Part shown: positions 1 to 8,255 of the stretch, piece by piece | Position numbering within the stretch: the first letter of the stretch is position 1 | Layout of the letters: each line of letters opens with the position of its first letter | Source of the DNA: Candidatus Dormiibacterota bacterium | GTDB lineage: Bacteria; Chloroflexota; Dormibacteria; Aeolococcales; Aeolococcaceae | DNA: 64,000 nt | Assembly: GCA_963709585.1 (NCBI GenBank) | Contig: CAVPXI010000007.1 | Span: 416,001-480,000 of the forward strand | Reading direction: 5' to 3' | The notes under the pieces: model-generated | The model's input: the letters and a program-made list of their open reading frames with translations, nothing else | Told to the model about the DNA's origin: nothing | The model's database searches: none | Translations under genes and position numbers: made by a program

Positions 1-292
1 CGAAGGTAACCTTCTGAATGGCACTCGTGTACGAGGTCCACCCAACGGGAAGGCTCGAGGTGGCGGACGGGCTCGAGGTGGCGGACGGGCTCGAGGTGGC
101 GGACGGGCTCGAGGTGGCGGACGGGCTCGAGGTGGCGGACGGGCTCGGCGTATCCGAGGGACTGAACATTGTGGCCGGCGCCTGTGACGGTACCGGCGAT
201 GCCGATGAGCCAGTGGTTCCGCACGCTGCCAAGGAGCCGATTAGAGGGATCGCAAGGCAGCCAGCAATTCGTGAAGAGACTGCGGGTGTCAA
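1..292 (-). CDS. Lipoprotein with PSATSS repeat linker, possibly PsbP-like domain (3' end outside window)
   Basis: Not in ORF track. TTG at 292 after a GGGAGG RBS. Translates MTPAVSSRIAGCLAIPLIGSLAAC (lipobox LAAC), a Ser/Pro-rich linker with PSATSS repeats, then LPVGWTSYTSAIQKVTF. Open to the window edge. Confidence 0.75.
   Translation of the reverse strand, partial: MTPAVSSRIAGCLAIPLIGSLAACGTTGSSASPVPSQAPATMFSPSDTPSPSATSSPSATSSPSATSSPSATSSPSATSSLPVGWTSYTSAIQKVTF
52..147. repeat. 18-bp perfect tandem repeat, 5 copies plus a partial copy
   Basis: GGCTCGAGGTGGCGGACG starts at 52, 70, 88, 106 and 124; encodes PSATSS on the minus strand. Confidence 0.95.
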
Positions 293-378
293 TAGCGTCC
301 CTCCCTTTTTGGGACGAGGCCACGTTAGCTCAGGGTTAACGGGTCCAGCGAATGCGGGTTACTAAACCTCCCGGCGAT

Positions 379-1425
379 CTACTTACCTCGCTTGAGCATT
401 GCCCGGATACCGGCGAGAGTTCGGCGCTTGACCACGAGCAATCTCTCCTCCAGGTTGCTCACCTCCATTCGCACCAGGCGCGATTGAGCAGCCAACGGTC
501 GCGGATGTTCACTCTGCATTCGAGTCCGCGCGATCCTCATCGACTCGAGCTGGGTTTGTCGTATCGACTCTCTACCAGAGGCGGCATCAAGCAAGCGCAG
601 GCTCACATAGAACTCAAAGTTATTGGGTTGGGTGGGCACGAACGCTGCAACCTCGTAGTCAATGAGTCCCAGCCGAGCCAGCTTCTCGACGAGGCCAAGG
701 AAGGAGTCTGGTGTGAACACATGGCAATGCACGTCGACGAATTCATCGCTGATCTGCATGTGCCGGCAAGCGTCTAAAGCCGCGACGTCCGGGTCATCAA
801 AATCCTCACGAACAGCGAGGCTGTAGTCTGCCGTACCAGCCCACACCGCGGCGGTGTCCACGGTGCCGCCGATCGCCTTTGAGTAGAAGTCATAGGCTTG
901 CCGGAAACTGGGTTGACGTAGCCCGCGCAAGTTGGCGTCGACGAGGTCGCTTACTTCAGTAAGCGATCGGTTGATGTCGAAGCAATACCGCTTGTCAGGG
1001 ATGATCAGCGATAGGATGCCGCCGGGTCGCAAGACATGGGTGAGGTCTTCCAGCCAACCGACAGGGTCGGGGATATGTTCGATGACGTGCGCAGCAATGA
1101 CATAGTCAAATGGCGCGTCGCTTGCAACAGCTTCGGCGATCGTCGTTGTCGCTCCGAGTACATAGTCAACTTCCACGATCTCGTCCAATCGATCTCGCAT
1201 CCCCTGGTTCGTCCCATACTTCTGCCGGAGTTCGGCCGCGCTGGCGTGGTCGACATACCGCACGGGACCCTCGTCCTTGCGCACTCTCGGGGAAGCGAGC
1301 GGCCCAATCTCCAGCCCGCGCATGTGGACAACGTCGACAGCAGCCAATTCAGGCCGCAGTTGGACTGGATTGCCTTGCACCTGAGTTCCGCTCATGGTCA
1401 TGGAGCGGAGCCTGGGCCGAGGCAT
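379..1425 (-). CDS. Class I SAM-dependent methyltransferase domain protein
   Basis: GLEIGP motif I, FDYVIAAHVIEHIPDP, LRPGGILSLIIPDKRYCFD. Start may be slightly downstream. Confidence 0.75.
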   Translation of the reverse strand: MPRPRLRSMTMSGTQVQGNPVQLRPELAAVDVVHMRGLEIGPLASPRVRKDEGPVRYVDHASAAELRQKYGTNQGMRDRLDEIVEVDYVLGATTTIAEAVASDAPFDYVIAAHVIEHIPDPVGWLEDLTHVLRPGGILSLIIPDKRYCFDINRSLTEVSDLVDANLRGLRQPSFRQAYDFYSKAIGGTVDTAAVWAGTADYSLAVREDFDDPDVAALDACRHMQISDEFVDVHCHVFTPDSFLGLVEKLARLGLIDYEVAAFVPTQPNNFEFYVSLRLLDAASGRESIRQTQLESMRIARTRMQSEHPRPLAAQSRLVRMEVSNLEERLLVVKRRTLAGIRAMLKRGK

Positions 1426-1596
1426 CCTGGGTATATCACCGCGACGCGGATTCTGTCACACATTCCCGACGCGTTCGTAGACCATGATGGCCGTGCCGTC
1501 CGTGAATGCTCTCGAGTCAACGAGCCTGAGACGACGGCGGGACGACCCAGAAACTCATCGGTCGCGATGCGCTGGCACTCCTTCCGGCGGTTCTGC

Positions 1597-2319
1597 TCAG
1601 GTGACGTCGGCGGCTATGCATGCGGTCGCGAAGTCGGCCATTGACGGAAAGGTCCAGTCCGGTTCCACCGCGGTGTCCGGAGGCAGCGTGGCCCCCCAAC
1701 CCGCACGTCCGCTGCGCCGGTTGATCCAGACCGTCGAAAGTCCCGCGGCCTTTGCCGGAACGTGGTCGTGGAAGATGCTCTGCGCGACGTGGAGCAGCCG
1801 TTCGCGCTCGACGCCCATGCCGCGCGCGGTGTCGAGCAGCACCGCAAAGTTGCGCGCCGCCGGCTTGTACGAGCCGACGTCCTGGGCAGTGACGACGGCG
1901 TCGAATCGGACGCCCAGGCGGGCGTTGCTCCCCGCGAACGATTTCCGATCGACATTCGAAAGGATCACGAGCTTGTACAGGGTGGACAGTGTCGCGAGCG
2001 CCTGGTGCAAGTCGGCGAACGCGGGCCATTCAGGGACGGACCACGCGAGCCGCTCGCACTGCGCAGCGTCGACAGCCACACCGGTGGCCCCGCCGAGCGA
2101 TCGCATCGTGGCGGCGAGGATCTCCGGGTACAGAGCGGTCGGCGTTCGCGCCTCCTCACGCGCTTCCGCGGTCGCGAATCGCTCGAGGAGCTGCTCCGGC
2201 GTCAGGCTGACCCCGTGCCCGGCCGCCCACGGTGTGAGCACGGCAGAGATCCCCGATTCCCAGTCGATGAGCGTGCCGTAGCAGTCGAAGCTGAGCGCGT
2301 CGAAATCGGACAGTCTCAT
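1597..2319 (-). CDS. HAD-family hydrolase (haloacid dehalogenase type II-like)
   Basis: FDCYGTLIDWE, LSNVD, SYKP, HVAQSIFHDH motifs. Confidence 0.9.
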   Translation of the reverse strand: MRLSDFDALSFDCYGTLIDWESGISAVLTPWAAGHGVSLTPEQLLERFATAEAREEARTPTALYPEILAATMRSLGGATGVAVDAAQCERLAWSVPEWPAFADLHQALATLSTLYKLVILSNVDRKSFAGSNARLGVRFDAVVTAQDVGSYKPAARNFAVLLDTARGMGVERERLLHVAQSIFHDHVPAKAAGLSTVWINRRSGRAGWGATLPPDTAVEPDWTFPSMADFATACIAADVT

Positions 2320-2708
2320 CGTCGCTGCCCTGCGCAGCTGACGCAGTACGAAATCGGCAGGCTCGAGCCTTGTCCGCGCTCACGCACATCGCCGCCGGGC
2401 GTTCCCACATACGCGAAATGCTCGAGCTCGCGGCCGCACTGGGCGCATCGGGTATGGCCTCCGATCCATTGATACACGAAAGGTTGCCCGCCAACGAAGA
2501 CGGTCAATTGGGGCCACGGTCGAAACTGGGTGGCAAGGACCAGACGGCGCTCGGCGTTGGTCGGGATCGACCCGAGTGCGAGGCTGTTGTCACGAATGTC
2601 CGCAATCTCCAGCTGGCCCGTCTCGGTATCGCCGCGCAGAGCCATGACTTCAATTGCCGAGCCCTCCACACGGCCGGCGACGGTGGATTCGAGGTCCTTC
2701 AGAGTCAT
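2316..2708 (-). CDS. Hypothetical protein with C-terminal CxxC...CxxC zinc ribbon
   Basis: CAQC and CVSC pairs; ATGA overlaps with both neighbours. Confidence 0.7.
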   Translation of the reverse strand: MTLKDLESTVAGRVEGSAIEVMALRGDTETGQLEIADIRDNSLALGSIPTNAERRLVLATQFRPWPQLTVFVGGQPFVYQWIGGHTRCAQCGRELEHFAYVGTPGGDVRERGQGSSLPISYCVSCAGQRR

Positions 2709-3205
2709 GTGGTATCGAGTTTCTCACTCGCTCGCGACCGGGTGATGTAGCGCGGTACGTCCTCGGCCTGAGCCTCGCGAGCGGCGAGGCTGGCCGCTAG
2801 CTCGTCGAGTACTGAGGTGAGCTGGTCGGCGGACGTGGAGGTCAGTCCGGCGACGGTCTGCTCGGCAACCCGCCGCCACGCCGCCTTCAGCTTCGGCAGC
2901 AATGCCCACCCCTGGTCGCTGAGTTCGACGATGGTGGCGCGCCCATCGCTGAGGGACGAGCGCCGAACCACGAGTCCGGCGGCCTCGAGTTGCCGGACGC
3001 TGAGGGTGATGGTCGGCGGCTCATAACCGCTGGCGGCGGCCAGCTGCGCCTGGGTGCGAGGCCCTGCGCTCTCGAGCTCGAGCAGCACCAGCTTGTGCCC
3101 CGGGTGAATGCCCAGCGGGGCGAGCGCAGCGATGGCCAGCGCGCGGTGGCGGATACCGATGGCTCGGATCGCCTCGTTGAGTGCGTCTGCTTGATCGAAG
3201 TTCAT
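2705..3205 (-). CDS. MarR family transcriptional regulator
   Basis: wHTH TQAQLAAASGYEPPTITLSVRQLEAAGLVVR and DGRA wing motif. Confidence 0.9.
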   Translation of the reverse strand: MNFDQADALNEAIRAIGIRHRALAIAALAPLGIHPGHKLVLLELESAGPRTQAQLAAASGYEPPTITLSVRQLEAAGLVVRRSSLSDGRATIVELSDQGWALLPKLKAAWRRVAEQTVAGLTSTSADQLTSVLDELAASLAAREAQAEDVPRYITRSRASEKLDTT

Positions 3206-3214
3206 CGGCGCCTC

Positions 3215-3256
3215 TTGACTCCTAGATGCTTAGGCGCCTAACCTTAGGCGCCTAAG
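3215..3256. promoter_or_regulatory. Promoter with two tandem palindromic operators (probable MarR sites)
   Basis: TTAGGCGCCTAA (3230-3241) and CTTAGGCGCCTAAG (3243-3256) overlap TTGACT(3215)-N18-TAACCT(3239) between divergent genes. Confidence 0.75.
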
Positions 3257-3317
3257 TAATTCTACCGCCTGGCGCATGTCGGGCCCAGCGGTAACCACCC
3301 AAGAGGAGAGCGCTGTC

Positions 3318-3749
3318 ATGGCCAGTACGACAACCATGGAATACACCACCCCACGAGCTTCGCGCCTGAGCGGGACCCGAGTCCTCGGCATCGGAGGCGC
3401 CGTGACCGCCGCGGTTGCAGTCTGGGCCGTTGCCGTGCCGGTCCTGGGCCTCCACCTAATCGTCCGATTCGGCACCGGTTTCCCTCAGAGCATCGGGCTT
3501 GACTTCGTCGTGGGTGCCAGCTTCCTGGCGTCTCTGGCGGGCTGGGGTCTCCTCGTGATGCTGGAAAGGCGCAGTCGCCACGCTCGCCTGATCTGGACTA
3601 TGGCTTCACTCGCGGTGCTGCTCGTCTCGTTGAGCCTCCCTCTCAGCGCGGGGACCACAGCGTCAACGAAAGCCGCCCTCGCCGTGATGCACGTGGCCGT
3701 CGCGGCAGTCCTGATCCCCGCCATGCGCATCCGCTCAGCAGCGCGATAA
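3318..3749 (+). CDS. Four-TM membrane protein (DUF6069-like)
   Basis: GAGGAG RBS before ATG 3318; four hydrophobic segments; C-terminal ALAVMHVAVAAVLIP. Confidence 0.7.
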   Translation: MASTTTMEYTTPRASRLSGTRVLGIGGAVTAAVAVWAVAVPVLGLHLIVRFGTGFPQSIGLDFVVGASFLASLAGWGLLVMLERRSRHARLIWTMASLAVLLVSLSLPLSAGTTASTKAALAVMHVAVAAVLIPAMRIRSAAR

Positions 3750-3851
3750 CGCCTGCAGGGCGGACCGTGGCACTCCGCGGCTGAGGTTCGCCCAGACGCG
3801 GCGGTAGCATGGCGCCACCGTGGCAGCAGTGGCGGTGGCCTGGACGCTCGC

Positions 3852-3950
3852 GAGGCCGGGAGTAACCGGCGCCATCGTCCGGGCGCGCAGTGCGGCGGCG
3901 GCCACTGCCGTGGTAACGCACGGGTCCGGGGCGCAAGCATGACCGGCTTC
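3852..3950 (+). ncRNA. Possible degenerate yybP-ykoY (Mn2+) riboswitch-like leader
   Basis: GAGGCCGG/CCGGCTTC closing stem, GGAGTA, TCGTC and CCGG in the expected order, upstream of a metal-transporter-like gene; other consensus positions imperfect. Confidence 0.3.
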
Positions 3951-4684
3951 GTACCCGTACTGATCGCCACCTTCCTGGCGTCAGCGGTCGAGGCCATCGA
4001 GATGGTCACCATCGTGGTGGGGGTCGGGGCAACCCGCGGCTGGCGCTCGACGCTGCTTGGGGCGGCGACCGGCTTCCTCGTGCTCGCGGTGCTCGTCGCC
4101 GCCTTTGGTCTGGCACTCAGCGCCATTCCGATCGCACCGCTCAGGCTGGTGATTGGAGCCCTGCTGCTGATCTTCGGGCTGCAGTGGTTGCGAAAGGGCG
4201 TGGTTCGGGTCGCGGCTCGGGGACTGGCAGGCATCCAGATGGACGCCGTGGAAGATGCCGAGGTGTGGACGGGTATCGGTGTCGACTGGACGGCGTTCGT
4301 CCTGGCCTTCAAGGGCGTGTTGCTCGAAGGGTTGGAAATCGCCTTTATCGTCGTCTCGCTCGGGGCCACCGCGGGCCAGCTGGGAGTGGCGGTAATCGGT
4401 GGCGCGGCCGCACTGGTGATCGTGGGTGCTCTGGGCATTGCCCTGATACGCGTGGTGGTGCGCATTCCGCGCAGCTTCTACAGCTCGTGGTCGGGATTCT
4501 GCTGAGCACCTTCGGGTCGTTCTGGGCACCGGAAGGCCTCGGGGTGAGCTGGCCCGGAGGCGACATGGCGATCCTCGGACTGCTGGCTGTCTATGTGCTC
4601 GCAGCGGCCACCAACATCGCGATCGAGCGCCGGGGTGCACGCCGCGGCGCAATGAACATCAGTCTGGGCGAGGTGACGAGATGA
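3939..4684 (+). CDS. COG4280-type membrane protein (ExxE motifs; putative metal transporter), 1-nt frameshift near 4475
   Basis: SAVEAIEMVTIV and LLEGLEIAFIV repeats. The C-terminus LLQLVVGILLSTFGSFW continues in another frame. Confidence 0.75.
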
Positions 4685-4920
4685 TCCGCGTCCTATCGTG
4701 GCTGCGCGGCTTCGGCCGCTTCTGGTATCGATTCATCATCGGTGACGATTGGACGGTGGCGACGGCGGTTGTCATCGGCCTGGCGGTCACCGCCGCTCTG
4801 AACGCAGCTCACATCGCCGCGTGGTGGGTCATCCCGCTGATCGTGATCGTGATGCTGCGGGTCAGTGTGCAGCGGTCCAAGCGCCCAAAGGAACAGCACA
4901 GCGTCCGGCGCACGGGATGA
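4681..4920 (+). CDS. Small two-TM hypothetical protein
   Basis: FGRFWYRFIIGDDW plus two hydrophobic helices; ATGA-coupled on both sides. Confidence 0.7.
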   Translation: MIRVLSWLRGFGRFWYRFIIGDDWTVATAVVIGLAVTAALNAAHIAAWWVIPLIVIVMLRVSVQRSKRPKEQHSVRRTG

Positions 4921-6099
4921 AAGCGGTCGTCTTCACCGACACCCGGTCGGTCAGCGTTCGCGACGTGCCCGACGCGGAAATCGAGGAGCCGACCGACGCC
5001 GTCATCCGCGTGACGTCCAGCGCGATCTGTGGCACGGACCTGCACATGTATGACGGCAGAACAGGTGCCACACCAGGCCTGATATTCGGCCATGAGCCCC
5101 TCGGGGTGATCGATCGCGTGGGGGCGGCAGTCGAGATGGTCCAGCCCGGGGATCGGGTCGTGATTCCAACTCATTTGTACTGCGGCGTCTGCGTGAATTG
5201 CGCGCGCGGCTACTCTGCCGCCTGTCTGCGGGTGCGTCCCGGCGGGTTTGGGGCCGCGTATGGCTACGCTGGGATGGGTCCGTATCGCGGCGCGCACGCG
5301 GAACTGCTGCGGGTGCCCTACGCCGATGCCAACTGCATCCCGGTACCGGGTGCACCGGGCGACGAGTGGGAAGACGATCTGGTATTGCTGGCCGATGCCT
5401 TCGTCACCGGCTGGCATGCGACTGTCCTTGCGGACGTGTACCCAGGTGCGACCGTCGCCGTCTTCGGCGCCGGCACCATCGGCCTCCTCTCCGCCTACAG
5501 CGCATTGCTCAAAGGCGCAGCGGAGGTCTACGTGGTCGACCACATTTCTGAGCGGCTGGACAAAGCCCGCGAGCTGGGCGCAGCTGCCGTCGATTTCCGG
5601 CAGGGCGACCCTGTCGAGCAGATACTCGAGCTTCGTCGGAACTCGTGGACTTCCGTTGGGCGAGGAGCCGATGAGCGGCGTGCAGATCGGCATCGACGCG
5701 GTGGGCTTCCAAGCCGTCGATCGTTCGGCGGTGCACGCGGAGAACCCAACGCAGGTCATCTTTGACCTCGGCCGGCTCATCAACCCGACCGGGCACCTGG
5801 GCATCGCCGGCGTCTACGCGGAGAAGGATCTCCATCCTGCGCCAGAGGGATCTTCCGACGGCCGGCTCACGGTGCCGTGGGCGACCTTCTTCTCGAAAGG
5901 TGTTTCGGTCAACTTTGGCCGCACCCACGACCGCCGCTACACCGTGCTCTTGCGGGACCTGGTGCTGTCAGGTCGAGCTCGGCCGGGCGTAGTCGTCACG
6001 CATCATGGTCGACTCGAAGACGCACCGGACCTGTACCGGGAGTTCGATCAGCGCGCGACCGGAATCATCAAGGCCGTGCTCCATCCGCAGCAGGGCTGA
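4917..6099 (+). CDS. Glutathione-independent formaldehyde dehydrogenase-like Zn-dependent dehydrogenase, frameshift at 5639-5644
   Basis: ICGTDLHMYDG, GHE, CGVCVNC...C, GAGTIG; second half DAVGFQA...GVYA in the next frame. Confidence 0.85.
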
Positions 6100-6176
6100 C
6101 AGCATGGTGATGAGACGTAGGCACAGCCGGCGATTGGCCTGCAAGGTGCTCGAGGAGCCATCCTGATCGGGGACGG

Positions 6177-6773
6177 TTACAGAGGCGCTACGCCGATCAG
6201 GCCGTTGCGGGTGACCAGCGACGTCAGCGCGTCAACGTCGAGATCGCCCGTTCCCGACGGTCGTCGCGGTAACACCATGTAGCGCGATTCGGCGCTCGAA
6301 TCCCACACGTTCACGTCGACATCGGTGTCAAGGTCGAACCCAAATTCCGAAAGAACGGCGCGCGGGTCGCGAACAACGCGTGAGCGGTACGCCTCGCTCT
6401 TGTACCAAGTCGGCGACGGCCCGAGCAGCGCGATCGGGTAGCAGGAACACAGGGTGCAGACGACGACATTGTGGAGGCTTTCTGTGTTGGCCACGACCTT
6501 GAGCCGTTGCTGCTGGAGGCCGCCGCCCATTGACAGCCCCAGCTCCTCGATCGCGCTGTTCGCATGTGCGAGCAGCCGCGCGCGAAACGATTCGTCAACC
6601 CACGCCTGGGCGACAACCCGCGCGCCGTTGGCCGGCGACGACCGAGCCAGAAAGGCCTCGAGCGCCACTTCCAGCTCGCGTGCATCAACGAGCTCGCGCT
6701 GCTCGAGCAGACCTTCGACGTGACGTACGCGCGCCGCCAGGGAGCCAGGCGTGTGCTCGTGATCGCCGCTCAT
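6177..6773 (-). CDS. Nitrile hydratase alpha / thiocyanate hydrolase gamma subunit, cobalt type
   Basis: VVCTLCSCYP claw motif, PTWYKSEAYRSRVVRDPR, RYMVLPRRP. Confidence 0.92.
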   Translation of the reverse strand: MSGDHEHTPGSLAARVRHVEGLLEQRELVDARELEVALEAFLARSSPANGARVVAQAWVDESFRARLLAHANSAIEELGLSMGGGLQQQRLKVVANTESLHNVVVCTLCSCYPIALLGPSPTWYKSEAYRSRVVRDPRAVLSEFGFDLDTDVDVNVWDSSAESRYMVLPRRPSGTGDLDVDALTSLVTRNGLIGVAPL

Positions 6774-7054
6774 CGCGTGTCCTTGTGGACAGCGGTCAGG
6801 TAGCTCTGCCACAACGCGATCGTGACCGTGTGATCGCCCTCCCCGAAGAGGTCGCGTGCCGCGAACTGCACGGCGTAGACCGGTTCCGGCGTACTGTCGA
6901 TTCCCCGCGCGCGATCATCCGCCCGCGGATAGACACCCTCGCACTCGATCACGACGCCGACCGCCCCGCGGGCGTAGCGCGGAAGCCTGGTGTGGTGCGG
7001 TGGATCGATGCGACTGGTCTGAACGCGAGCGCCTGATGTGAATCGTTCAGCCAT
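6770..7054 (-). CDS. NHase beta C-terminal SH3-like subunit (ScnA-like)
   Basis: HTRLPRYARGAVG, VYAVQFAARDLFG, LWQSYL; ATGA overlap with the alpha gene. Confidence 0.88.
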   Translation of the reverse strand: MAERFTSGARVQTSRIDPPHHTRLPRYARGAVGVVIECEGVYPRADDRARGIDSTPEPVYAVQFAARDLFGEGDHTVTIALWQSYLTAVHKDTR

Positions 7055-7334
7055 CGCTCATCTCAGCGGCGGCGGTGAGGACTCCTTTCTCCACCAGGAG
7101 CGTGGAGATGGCGTGGAACCACCGCTCGTAATACGAGGCTGCCAGATACTGCTGCGCGGGCATGCGCTCCACTGCGTCGCGAAACTCGTCGAGGTTGTAG
7201 ATACCACGCCCAATCAGAGCACGGTTCATCGCAAAGACGTGCGCTTCCCCGTCCGCGTGGGACGGTGGCTCATCGACCTCGTGCACGAGCGGGGGAAATC
7301 CCTCCATGCCGCCGACGTCGTTGACTCAACTCAT
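7047..7334 (-). CDS. NHase beta N-terminal subunit (ScnB-like); codon 3 reads TGA, probably a miscalled CGA
   Basis: ATG 7334 gives M-S-*-VNDVGGMEGF (matches the HDxGGM start); NLDEFRDAVERM and YLAASYYERW. Confidence 0.85.
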
Positions 7335-7338
7335 CGCG

Positions 7339-7626
7339 CTACGAGTTGGCCGCCACCCCGCGAACCTCTGCCGACTTCAGACGCACGGCATGAGGAGCGT
7401 GGTCGCTCGCGAAGAACTGCTGCGCCATCTCCGCACCGGCTTTTGCCGTTGCCTCGCTGTCGAAGAACACCACCGAGATCGCCTCCCCATCGTCGTCGGC
7501 TTCCAGCCAGTATCCGGCAACGAATCCTGGTGATTTCGCCACCAGGGGTGCAACGTTTTCCGTGAGATTCCGTCGGTCCTCTTCGTCGTCCCGTTCGATG
7601 TTAACTGTGGTTACGAGAGCGTGCAT
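7339..7626 (-). CDS. Small dimeric alpha-beta barrel (ABM-like) protein
   Basis: GGAGG RBS; VAPLVAKSPGFVAGYWL...SVVFFDSEATA pattern; ends 4 nt before the beta-N gene. Confidence 0.65.
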   Translation of the reverse strand: MHALVTTVNIERDDEEDRRNLTENVAPLVAKSPGFVAGYWLEADDDGEAISVVFFDSEATAKAGAEMAQQFFASDHAPHAVRLKSAEVRGVAANS

Positions 7627-7728
7627 CGGGTCGCCTCCTCCGGGCAGATATGGGCTTGACAGTATGCCTGAGGCTACCTGGCTCCGTATGGCCCCAGCCG
7701 AGCCCTCCGAGCACGGTCGCGACGAGGC

Positions 7729-8244
7729 TCAGCTGGGCGGCGGCATCTGGCTGATGCCCGACGCAGTGTTGACGATGCGCTCGATCTGCTTGACATGCGG
7801 CCGTTCATGGCGAGCCAGCCACTGCGCGTAGAACAGCACAGTCCGCTCTAGCGCCCTTCCCGCCCCGGTGACGGTTGCCGCACGTGACCAGCCTTCGCGC
7901 GGCAACGGTTCCAGGATCGCCAGTAGATCGGCACGCTGCGTCGCCAAGGCCCGCAACGAGGGCCGGAACTCCAGCTCGAGATAGTCCGTCTTCTTGATCC
8001 ATGTCCGGGGATTGACAGCCCGTAGCGTCGGCGCGTCCTCGTTGATCATCGCGACGATGCAGTTGCCCCAGACGTCGGCACATGCGCGGAGATGAGCGAG
8101 CACGTCGTTTGCGGACCACTCATCGTGGCTGGAGCTGGTCCGCAACTGAGCCGGTGTCAGACCGGCCGTGCGCTCAGCGATGCGCGGCGCCGTCTCTTCA
8201 AGCTGGGACAGAACCTGCTCAATCGTCAGCGATCTGCTGGGCAC
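7729..8244 (-). CDS. DinB family protein
   Basis: EWSANDVLAHL and HERPHVKQI His motifs; GTG start 8244. Confidence 0.85.
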   Translation of the reverse strand: MPSRSLTIEQVLSQLEETAPRIAERTAGLTPAQLRTSSSHDEWSANDVLAHLRACADVWGNCIVAMINEDAPTLRAVNPRTWIKKTDYLELEFRPSLRALATQRADLLAILEPLPREGWSRAATVTGAGRALERTVLFYAQWLARHERPHVKQIERIVNTASGISQMPPPS

Positions 8245-8255
8245 GTGGCGACCGC

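Noticed and set aside
52-147. CRISPR array at the 18-bp repeat (also considered for 35121-35582)
   Set aside because: Repeats are contiguous, have no spacers, are in-frame coding, and no cas genes are present.
18-365. Plus-strand ORF with LEVADG repeats
   Set aside because: Shadow of the minus-strand lipoprotein, which has an RBS, a lipobox and a typical linker.
7326-7328. Selenocysteine or stop-codon recoding at codon 3 of the NHase beta-N gene
   Set aside because: The position is not a Cys site; CGA restores a GAGTC motif, the same context as the other apparent miscalls.
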